The translations under genes were made by a program, and so were the position numbers. A stretch of DNA of 64,000 nucleotides, taken from the NCBI GenBank assembly GCA_963767005.1, contig CAVYCN010000019.1, positions 96,001 to 160,000 of the forward strand, read 5' to 3'. Under the pieces are notes generated by a model, which saw only the letters and a list, made by a program, of their open reading frames with translations, was not told where the DNA came from and searched no databases. Source of the DNA: an uncultured Actinomycetes bacterium. Its GTDB lineage: Bacteria; Actinomycetota; Thermoleophilia; UBA2241. Shown one piece after another: positions 56,147 to 64,000 of this stretch; within the stretch, counting starts at the first letter, position 1; each line of letters starts with the position of its first letter.

Positions 56147-57672
56147 GTCCGCCCGCCGGCCAGCCCGCGCCCGCGCGTGTCGGTCAGGTTGAAGGCGCAG
56201 AACGGCAGCAGCACGCCGTCGGTACGCATGACGTGCAGGTAGCAGTGCGAGAGCCGGTCGAGATCGAGCGTCCAGGCGTCCTGGAAGGCCATGCCGCTCA
56301 GGCTGAACGTGTTGCCGCGCACCTGGCGCAGGATCTCGTCCCACTCCTCTGACCGGGCGGGGCCTTCGACGCCCGGCTGGTCGGCGGCAACGCCCGAGCG
56401 GTCGGCCGCGACGCGCGGCGGCGTCGACCAGCGGCCGGCGACGAGCGCCGCCTTGCGCTCGGGCGCAAGCGCGTCGCCGGAGCCGCAACACGACGACGAG
56501 GGCGTCGTCTCGGCCGGCGCCGGCGTGCAACAGGATGACGCGGGCGCGGCGTCGACCTCGGCCGGCGCGGGGCCGCAACACGAAGATGAGGGTTGCGCTT
56601 CGACCGCAGCCGGCGCGGGGCCGCAGCACGAGGCGGGCTCGTGGCGGCGCAGCCGCACGAGGCGGCCGTCGGGCCGGCGCAGGTACTCGGCCTGGAACGA
56701 GCAGAGCGCGTGCTCGCAGTCGCCCGGCCTGAAGTCGTCGAGCGCGATCGCGCCGCGCGACTGCTCGACCAGGGCACGCATGACGTCGGGCAGGGTGACG
56801 CGGCGCTCGTCGTCGGGCCGGAAGCGACCGTCGTAGCGGCCCAGGTGGGCGAGCGGCTGCACATGGACGCCGCGCACCACGGGCAGGTTCGCGAGGGCGA
56901 AGTCGAGGATCGCCCCGAGGGCGTCGAGGTTGACCCCGGCGGCCACCGTCGGCACCAGGACGACGCCGAGGCCGGCCGCGCCGCAGGCCTCGATCGCGCG
57001 ACGCTTGTCGGCGGCGAGCGGGGCGCCGCGCAGCGCCAGGTACGGCGCGTCGTCGAGCCCGTCGAACTGCAGGAAGACCGTCGAGAGGCCGGCGGCGGCG
57101 AGGGTCGCGGCGTAGCCGGGCGCGCGCGCCAGGCGCAGGCCGTTGGTGTTCAACTGGATGAACGAGAAGCCGTGGTCGCGACCCCGGGCGACGATCGCCG
57201 GCAGGTCGTCGCGCACGGTCGGCTCGCCGCCCGAGAGCTGCACGTTGCAGCCGGGCGCCGTCTCGACCAGGCGGCGATACCAGTCGTCGACCGTGGCGAG
57301 GCTCGGATCGCCGTCGGCGACGCCGGCGGCCGCATAGCAGACCGGGCACGACAGGTCGCAGCGCGCCGTGACCTCGAGCAGGACGCAGCACACCCCCTGG
57401 GCGTGCTCGGTGCAGGTGCCGCAGCTCGCCGGGCAGGCGGCCGGCGCCGGGTCGACGGGGGCGCCGGCCGCAAGGCCACGCCACGCGTCGTAGTCGGGAG
57501 GTCCACGCCAGATCAGCGCCCGCGTGACGCCGTGCTCGGGACAGCGGCGCTCGAGGTACACCTCGTCGCCGGCGCGGTCGAGCCGCCCCGGCACGCGCGC
57601 GAGGCACACCGGGCACACAGTCGCCGTCGAGCCGGCGAGGACGCCGGTCGCGGAGGCACCGCGGCAGGTCAT
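56143..57672 (-). CDS. trsS: Radical SAM protein, TrsS (DVU_1554)-like
   Basis: VCPVC..CPEHG, CPASCGTC..H, EVTARCDLSCPVCYA (CxxxCxxC), QLSGGEPT, MAFQDAWTLDLDRL..C, PFCAFN. Confidence 0.8.
   Translation of the reverse strand: MTCRGASATGVLAGSTATVCPVCLARVPGRLDRAGDEVYLERRCPEHGVTRALIWRGPPDYDAWRGLAAGAPVDPAPAACPASCGTCTEHAQGVCCVLLEVTARCDLSCPVCYAAAGVADGDPSLATVDDWYRRLVETAPGCNVQLSGGEPTVRDDLPAIVARGRDHGFSFIQLNTNGLRLARAPGYAATLAAAGLSTVFLQFDGLDDAPYLALRGAPLAADKRRAIEACGAAGLGVVLVPTVAAGVNLDALGAILDFALANLPVVRGVHVQPLAHLGRYDGRFRPDDERRVTLPDVMRALVEQSRGAIALDDFRPGDCEHALCSFQAEYLRRPDGRLVRLRRHEPASCCGPAPAAVEAQPSSSCCGPAPAEVDAAPASSCCTPAPAETTPSSSCCGSGDALAPERKAALVAGRWSTPPRVAADRSGVAADQPGVEGPARSEEWDEILRQVRGNTFSLSGMAFQDAWTLDLDRLSHCYLHVMRTDGVLLPFCAFNLTDTRGRGLAGGRT
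56476..56640 (-). repeat. Four imperfect intragenic repeats encoding P-x-(S)-S-C-C-[GT]-x units
   Basis: Cys-Cys codons at 56623-56628, 56575-56580, 56527-56532 and 56485-56490 (periods 48, 48, 42 nt). Confidence 0.85.
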
Positions 57673-58094
57673 GGAGCGAGCAGGCCGCGCGCCGCGAGCA
57701 GCTGGGCGGCCTCCTCGTAGGTACGGCTCACGATCGCCGGGCAGGTCGTGAAGCGCGCCATGGGGTCGCCTTTCAGGATGTCGTCGCACTCGAGCGTGCC
57801 GTACTCGTCCTCGAACCACTCGACGAGCTGCCTGGTGAGCTCGCCGTCGACCGGCGCCGAGCTGCGCAGCGCCATGGCGAGCAGGCCACCGGTGAGCGCG
57901 CCGCAGGTGCGACCCGCGAACAGGCCGAGGCAGAGCGCACCCACGGCGTCGACCATCTGGGCGTTCTCGGCGCCGGTCTCGTCGAGCGCCATCTGCACCA
58001 TGATCTGCGTGCAGCAGCGCCCGGACAGGCCGAGCTCGTTCACGCGGCGAGCCACGTCGTCGCTGGCCGGCCGACCGAGACTGCCGTCGCTCAT
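57669..58094 (-). CDS. C-GCAxxG-C-C family redox protein (DVU_1555-like)
   Basis: GRCCTQI, TCGALTGG, YGTLECDDIL, TCPAIV. Confidence 0.82.
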   Translation of the reverse strand: MSDGSLGRPASDDVARRVNELGLSGRCCTQIMVQMALDETGAENAQMVDAVGALCLGLFAGRTCGALTGGLLAMALRSSAPVDGELTRQLVEWFEDEYGTLECDDILKGDPMARFTTCPAIVSRTYEEAAQLLAARGLLAP

Positions 58095-58828
58095 GTCGCG
58101 TCCTCTCCTCTTCGCACCGTGCGTCCGTCGCAGCGGGCGACACACAGATAGTAGCCGAGACCACCCCCGCCGCGCAGCACTGCCGGCACGGTCGTACGGG
58201 CGCTCGCCGTAGCCGCATGGGCGCTCGGCGCGCGCGTGCCGAGCGCGCCGCTGCCGGCCAGGTCCCACACCAGCCGGGCGAGCACGCTCGAATGGTCCTC
58301 CCACGCCTCGACCACGAACCCCCGCTCCGTCAGCAGGCGCCGCGCGGCGTCGGGGTCGCGGCGCCGGAACAGGTCGTTCACGAGCAGCCGGCCGCCGGGG
58401 CGCAGCACGCGGACCCACTCGGCGACGGCCGCGCCGGGGTCGTCGAGGAGCGACAGCACGCACTCGGCAAGGACGGCGTCGACGCTCGCGTCGGCGAGCG
58501 GCAGGCGCGCGGCGGAGCCCTCGCGCAGGTCGAGGCCGGGACAGCGCTCGCGTCCCTGCCGCAGGAGCGCCGCCGACACGTCGACGCCGACGACGCGCAG
58601 GCCGAGGCGGTGAGCGAGGTGCTCGGCGGTGACGCCATCGCCGCAGCCGACATCGAGCACGACCGCGCCGCGCGGCAGGCGGGCCAGAGCGAGGCCCCGC
58701 TCGGTCAGCTCGAGGCCGCCGGGGTGGCGACAGCCGCCGGTCAGACCGGGCAGCCCGTCGCCCACACAGACCAGGGGCGCCGTGAGCCCGCAGCCGACCC
58801 CGGCGGACGTCGCCCCCGCACCGCTCAC
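58091..58828 (-). CDS. Class I SAM-dependent methyltransferase (DVU_1556-like)
   Basis: HPGGLELT, VLDVGCGDG, AECVLSL, RVLRPGG, GYYL. Confidence 0.85.
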   Translation of the reverse strand: MSGAGATSAGVGCGLTAPLVCVGDGLPGLTGGCRHPGGLELTERGLALARLPRGAVVLDVGCGDGVTAEHLAHRLGLRVVGVDVSAALLRQGRERCPGLDLREGSAARLPLADASVDAVLAECVLSLLDDPGAAVAEWVRVLRPGGRLLVNDLFRRRDPDAARRLLTERGFVVEAWEDHSSVLARLVWDLAGSGALGTRAPSAHAATASARTTVPAVLRGGGGLGYYLCVARCDGRTVRRGEDAT

Positions 58829-59631
58829 CGCTGGCGCGCTCCCGCGCTGCGCCGCTCGGTCTCCGCCGCGCCCGTCCGCGGGCAGCGGCAGTAGACCTTG
58901 CGCACGTAGGGCTTCATGCCCGGCGTCGCGGCGCCGTGGCGCACGACCCGCTCGATCATGGTCGCGTCGATCGGCACGATGCCGGCGAGCACGTCGACCG
59001 GCAGGTGCGAGAAGGCCTCGGGCACGAGCGGCGTGCTCGGCCCCAGCACCAGGGTGCGGACCCGCGGAGCGGTCGCCGCGAGAAGGTCTTCGATGCTGTC
59101 GTTCAGGATCGCGGTCGCCGTCACGATCAGCGCGTCGGCCCACGAGCCGAGCAGCCCGCGGAAGCGTGCGGGGTCGCCCATGCCGAGCGACGAGTCGATC
59201 ACCTCGAGCTCGGCGCCGAGCCCCGGCAGCGTGCCGGCGAGCGGCGGGAAGTAGCCCACCATGCAGACGCGCGTGCCGGGCCCGATCTCGAGCAGCCGCA
59301 GCGAGCGCGACAGCGGCATGCCGCCGTCGTCGTCGAAGCCGCTCGCGCGCTCGCGGTTCAGGGCGTTCACCGTCGCGAGGCCGATGCTGCGCTGGAACGG
59401 ATCGTCGCTCAGCAGGCGCTCGAGCAGCTCGGCGGCGGGCTCGCCTTCGACGTCGTGGTAGTGATTGGCGAAGGAGCGGGTCTCGCGGCCCTCGAGCCAG
59501 GTGAACGACAGGCCCAGGCCACCGTCGCCGGTCGTCACCACGGTGTAGCCGAGGCCCACGGTGAGCGCCGTCACCGTGGTCGCCTGAGCCAGCGGCAGCG
59601 CGGTCTCGTAGAGCCGTTGCGTCAGCAGCAT
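58825..59631 (-). CDS. DUF364-like Rossmann-fold (putative metal-chelation) protein
   Basis: VGLGYTVV, SIGLATVNAL, MVGYFPP, TATAILNDSIE, LGPSTPL. Confidence 0.75.
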   Translation of the reverse strand: MLLTQRLYETALPLAQATTVTALTVGLGYTVVTTGDGGLGLSFTWLEGRETRSFANHYHDVEGEPAAELLERLLSDDPFQRSIGLATVNALNRERASGFDDDGGMPLSRSLRLLEIGPGTRVCMVGYFPPLAGTLPGLGAELEVIDSSLGMGDPARFRGLLGSWADALIVTATAILNDSIEDLLAATAPRVRTLVLGPSTPLVPEAFSHLPVDVLAGIVPIDATMIERVVRHGAATPGMKPYVRKVYCRCPRTGAAETERRSAGARQR

Positions 59632-59638
59632 CGGCCGC

Positions 59639-62210
59639 TCACTTGTCCTCGAGCGCAAGTTCGACCTCGCGCATCTGGCCGGTGGCGAGCTCCTCGGAGA
59701 CGAGGGCGAGGCCGTGCTCGAGGCAGGTCGGCAGCGTCACCGGAAAGCCGGCCACCAGGTACGAGAGGCTCACCGTGCGCGGCTCGAGCTCGTGGTCGCC
59801 GGCCGCGCAGCGAAAGCGCGGCCGCTCGTCCGGCTCGAAGGCGGCCAGCTCGGGCCAGGGCGGCGGCACGACCTCCATGCGATGGCTGTAGGCGCTCACG
59901 ACCTCGAAGCGCTCGCCGGCCGCGGCGTACTCCACCCAGTAGGTCACGCGACCGATCGTGCGAAAGCCGAGCAGCCGGCCGGTCGCCGGGTCGGCGAAGC
60001 GCCGTCCCGTGGCCTCGGAGTGGGCGATCACCTGATGGACCTCTTCGGGGCGGATGAAGCGCTGTTCGAGCAGGTCCTCGACTCTCGGCCGAGATGCACG
60101 AGCCGCTCGCGCCAGGCGCCATCGCTCGCGCCTGCTCGCCCCAGAGGTCGGCCAGCAGGCGGCGCTTGAGGAGCGCGCGCGCCTCGGCCCGCTGCGTGAG
60201 CAGCGGGCCGCGGCGCCGCGCGCGCTCGTCGTAGTCGTCGCCGAAGAGCAGGTCGAGCAGGTGGACGGTCGGCTTGCCGCGCTCGACGAAGCGGTCGCGG
60301 CACATCGCGCAGTAGGCGAGAAAGTCGGTCTCCGACGTGCCCACGCGACGGTCGGCGATGAGGTCGGCCATCTCGCGGTTCGCGTAGAGCTGCAGGCCGC
60401 CGAAGCCGCAGCACTCGGTGCGCTCGCGCGACAGGCCGAGCTCCTCGATCTCCGCACCGCAGGCCGCGAGCAGCTCGCGCACGGCGGCCTGCACGCCGGT
60501 CTGGTAGCGCGCCGTGCAGGAGTCGTGCACGGCCAAGCGGCGCCCCGCCGCCGCGCCGGCCGCGCCGGCCGGCAGCCCGACGTCGCGCAGGACCTCCCAC
60601 AGGGACACCGTCTCGATGCCGGGCAGGTGGGCCGCGAAGACCGTCTCGCAGGTCGGGCAGGCGAGGATCACGCGCGGCGTGCCGAGGCTCTCGAGCTGCG
60701 CGCGCAGGCCGGCCAGGGCGGCGTCGAAGACGCCGCCCTGGCCGGCCCAGTCGGCCGGCGCGCCGCAGCAGTTCAGCACCAGGCCGGTGGCCGGCGAGAA
60801 GCGCTCACGCAGGTGGGCGTAGACCCGTTCCACGCTGCGCGAATCGGAGGCCGCGAGCTGGCAGCCGGGAAAGAACACGGCCGCGCTCGCCTGCGTGCCC
60901 GGTGCGTGCCGCGCCAAGGCGAACTGGTCGCTGCGGGCGAGCTCGAGGTCGCGCAGCGCGCCGTCGAAGTGCGACGCCGGCATGCGCCCCTGGCGCACCA
61001 TCTCGCGGCGCGCGTCGTGGGTCACCTCGGCCATGTCCAGGTCGGTCGGGCAGACTTCGTAGCACAGACGGCACATGCTGCACGAGTCGATCATCTTGTT
61101 GAGCGAGCGCGTGCCGCGGCCCATCGTGACCGTGAGGTTGTTGTAGATGCGGCGCGCGTACAGCCCGGGGTGCGCGCCGAAGGCCTCGAGGTAGGGGCAG
61201 ACCTTGACGCACTGCAGGCACTCGCACTGCAGGCAGCGCGCGGCCTCGGCGACGGCCTCGGGACGCGAGTAGCCGGCGGCCGGGTCGGCCGGCTCGGCCG
61301 GCGCCCGCGGCTCGACGCCGTCGAGCTTCACGACCATGCGCGTGCCGTACGAACCGAAGTCGCCGCGCGAGCCGCCCAGCGACACCCGCTGGAGCTGCCG
61401 CTCGATCGACAGGGCGGCGCGACGGCCGTCGGCGATCGAACCGATCGGCGACCACGGCCCGTCGGGCCGTAGCATGCTGCCGCCGCAGTAGATGTCCGGT
61501 TTGCTGGTCGCCAGGGTGACGGGGTCGACGGCGATCCGTCCCTGCTCGTCGAGCTCATAACCCAGGGCGGCGCCGGCGTCGGCCTCGGCCGTGCCCATGG
61601 CCACGAAGATAGCGTCGACGCCGGGCGCGAGCTCAGCGAGGGCGTTGGGCTTCGTAGGGTACTCGAGGGCCACCCGCGTGAACGGCACGAACTCGGCGCC
61701 CGCCGCCATGACCACGGCGCAGTCGGCTTCGAGCTCGGCCGCCGGCAGGGCCTCGCCGGCAAGCTCGCGAGCGCGGCCGCCGGGACCGTCGCGCTCCTCG
61801 AAGATCACGACCGAGTAACCCTTACGGGCGAGCTCGTAGGCGCAGGACAGGCCGGCCAGACCGGCGCCGATCACGGCGATGCGGCCGGGCTTCTGGCGAC
61901 GGAACGTCGTGGCGGGCTTGGGCGGCTCACCGTAGGCCACGGCGGCGCGCTCGATGTCGCGCACGCGGATCGCGCCGCCCCGCTCGCCCCGCACGCAGGC
62001 CGCCTCACAGGGCGCGTCGCAGCAGCGCGCGATGACGTGCGGGAAGGGCACGGCCTGCGTGAACAGCCGGCGAGCCTCGGCGAAGCCGTCCCGTGCCGCC
62101 GCCGCCAGCAACTCCCTGGCGTCGACGTGCACCGGGCAGGCCGTCACGCAGGCGGCCGGCTGGTTCTGGATGCACTGCTCCTCGAGTTGCAGCAGCCTCT
62201 TCTGGTCCAT
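59639..62210 (-). CDS. FAD/NAD(P) oxidoreductase + 4Fe-4S dicluster + CCG domains (DVU_1558-like) with a DVU_1557-like C-terminal domain; frameshift near 60100
   Basis: CVTACPVH, IGAGLAG, CLQCECLQCVKVC, CSMCRLCYEVCP, FFPGCQL, CCG twice, YCAMCRD, AYSHRM, EELATGQMREVE..LEDK. Confidence 0.82.
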
Positions 62211-62376
62211 GACACATCCACTGTTACAGACATGGCCGGCCGGCGCACCTCCCGCGGGGGCACGCCGGCCGGCCGGAGCGCCGGCCGCCTGGCGGCGGCC
62301 GGCGCGGACTTACCGTGCCGCCGATCGACTTCGTCGTCGGCGCTCAGGCATGCGCGGCTTCGCTGCGTGCCTCGCC

Positions 62377-64000
62377 CTAGAAGGCCTGGATGTCGCGGTC
62401 CTTCATCGCCGCGAGGACCTTCTCGGGCAGGGCCGGCAGGTGCCGTACACGAGCCCCACAGGCGTCGTCGATCGCGTTGATGATCGCCACGTGCGGAGCG
62501 GTGAGCGGCGCCTCGCCGCAGCCCGATGCGCCGTAGGGGCCGAGCGGCCGCGGCGTCTCGAGATACAGCACCGTCAGGTCGTCGGTGACGTCCTTCGGGT
62601 AGGGGATGCCGCAGGCCCGCATGTTGGTGTGCTTCTTCAGGTCCTCGAAGTCCTCGGTCAGCGCGAGACCGATGCCCTGCGAGAGGCTGCCCCACATCTG
62701 GCCGTCGACGTTCAGCCGGCTGTTGATGACGCCCACGTCGGTGCAGATCAGCAGGTGGTCGACGTAGGTCTTGCCGGTCGCCTCTTCGACCGAGACCTGC
62801 GACATGAAGACGCTGTACATCCAGTTGGGGATCGGATGGCCCTGACCGGTCTTCGGGTCGATGAGCACGCCCATCGTCTGGGTCCAGTTGCCCTCGTAGC
62901 GCAGGTCGAGGCCCTCGGCCACCATCTCGTCGTGGGTGCGGTAGGTGCCGTCGCCCTTGGCCATGGCGGCGATGAGCTTCTCGCAGGCGTCCTTGATGGC
63001 GTTGCCGACCAGGACCTGCGAACGGCTGCCGCCGGCGCCGCCGCTGTCGGGGCAGTAGGCGGTGTCGTTCAGGTCGACGCTGATCTGGTCCATGGCGAGG
63101 CCGAGCGGACGCAGCGCTTCGTGCGCCGTGCCGAGCGTGCCGCCGTCGGAGCCCTGGCCGTGGTCCTCCCAGGTGTTGTAGATGCGCACCGTGTTGTCTG
63201 CCCGCAGCTCGGCCGCGGCGTTGGCCACGTCCTCGCCGTCGCCGCCGGCGCCGAAGATGCCGAGCGAGATGCCAATGCCGCGCTTGATGCCGGCGGGCGC
63301 GGGCTCGTCTTTCCAGGCCTTGGCCTTGTCCCAGTAGGGCTTGACCATGTCGAAGAGCTTCTTGAACGAGTAGACCTCGTACTCCTGGCCCCACGAGTAG
63401 GTCGCGCCGGGCTCGGCGAGGTTCCTGTAGCGCAGCTCGAACGGGTCCATGCCCATCTTGCGGGCGAGCTCGTCGACGATGCTCTCGCCGGCGAAGAAGG
63501 CCTGCGGCGAGCCCCAGGCGCGGAAGGGGGCGCCCCAGCCATGGTTCGTGCGCACCAGGTGGCCGTCGCCACGCATGTTGGGGATGTTGTAGCCGCCGCC
63601 GCAGAGCATGCCCTTCTGCACCAGGTTGTCGCCGAACTCCATGTACGGACCGTGGTCGCACCACCAGTGGTTCTCCATGGCGAGGAACTTGCCGTTCTCG
63701 TCGGCGGCGAGCTTGCAGTGGTACCAGTGCGGCGAGCGCTTGCCGGTGTAGGCGATGCTCATCCAGTAGTCGTACTTGAGGTAGACCGGCCGACCGGTCG
63801 CCATGTGGGCGGCGCCGAGCAGGGCCTCCATCGTCGGGCAGAACTTGTAACCGAAGGTGCCGCCCGTGTTGTTCTGCACCATGCGCAGGTTCTCGAGCTC
63901 GACACCGAGGCCCTCGTTGATCATCGCCGCGTGGAAGTTCAAGGCCACGCTCTTGGAGTGGATCGTGAGGCGGCCTTCCTCGTCGGTGTAGGCGAAGCCG
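62377..64000 (-). CDS. Mop-type molybdopterin aldehyde oxidoreductase (xanthine oxidase family), C-terminal part; starts beyond the window
   Basis: NNTGGTFGYK, TGKRSP, WGAPFRAWGSPQ, WEDHGQG, GGSRSQ, VDGQMWG, GASGCGE (catalytic Glu position). Confidence 0.9.
   Translation of the reverse strand, partial: GFAYTDEEGRLTIHSKSVALNFHAAMINEGLGVELENLRMVQNNTGGTFGYKFCPTMEALLGAAHMATGRPVYLKYDYWMSIAYTGKRSPHWYHCKLAADENGKFLAMENHWWCDHGPYMEFGDNLVQKGMLCGGGYNIPNMRGDGHLVRTNHGWGAPFRAWGSPQAFFAGESIVDELARKMGMDPFELRYRNLAEPGATYSWGQEYEVYSFKKLFDMVKPYWDKAKAWKDEPAPAGIKRGIGISLGIFGAGGDGEDVANAAAELRADNTVRIYNTWEDHGQGSDGGTLGTAHEALRPLGLAMDQISVDLNDTAYCPDSGGAGGSRSQVLVGNAIKDACEKLIAAMAKGDGTYRTHDEMVAEGLDLRYEGNWTQTMGVLIDPKTGQGHPIPNWMYSVFMSQVSVEEATGKTYVDHLLICTDVGVINSRLNVDGQMWGSLSQGIGLALTEDFEDLKKHTNMRACGIPYPKDVTDDLTVLYLETPRPLGPYGASGCGEAPLTAPHVAIINAIDDACGARVRHLPALPEKVLAAMKDRDIQAF

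Noticed and set aside
56476-56640. CRISPR-like array
   Set aside because: Repeats are degenerate, in frame and protein-coding, with no cas genes
56143-62210. Selenocysteine codons or SECIS elements in the Trs genes
   Set aside because: The reading frames at the Cys motifs are open with Cys codons; no in-frame TGA seen

Overview
Very GC-rich (about 70% by eye) bacterial DNA with an anaerobic-catabolism gene set. It is probably from an actinomycete-like metagenome assembly (inference), and many genes carry frameshifts that look like long-read indel errors. Four blocks are visible. (1) 1-38.2 kb, amino-acid/N-methyl-compound catabolism: a partial long PEP/pyruvate-binding-family gene, hydantoinase/oxoprolinase AB plus an APC permease, an ilvE / 2-oxoacid:ferredoxin oxidoreductase / CoA-transferase operon with a divergent GntR, and a large cluster of peptide-type ABC transporter, corrinoid protein, pyrrolysine-free MtmB and MttB methyltransferases, Cys/Thr proline-racemase-family dehydratase, class-III aminotransferase, M20 hydrolase, ADP-forming acyl-CoA synthetase, GntR, BKACE, tdh and kbl. 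Four sigma70-type promoters in this block share one direct-repeat operator (YGCATAC-N4-CGYATAC), which suggests a single regulon. This is the best candidate for an undescribed system. (2) 38.5-45.2 kb: dhaKLM with a DhaM-HPr-EI fusion and a secreted beta-propeller protein. (3) 45.2-51.6 kb: two convergent modABC operons, each with a ModE-like box; one ModA carries a C-terminal IPT/TIG domain. (4) 51.6-64 kb: a Mop-type aldehyde oxidoreductase operon with DVU_1551-1558/TrsS-like accessory genes; its radical SAM enzyme contains four Cys-Cys repeats. No rRNA, tRNA, CRISPR array or transposase was recognised. All family assignments come from motif recognition by eye, not database searches.
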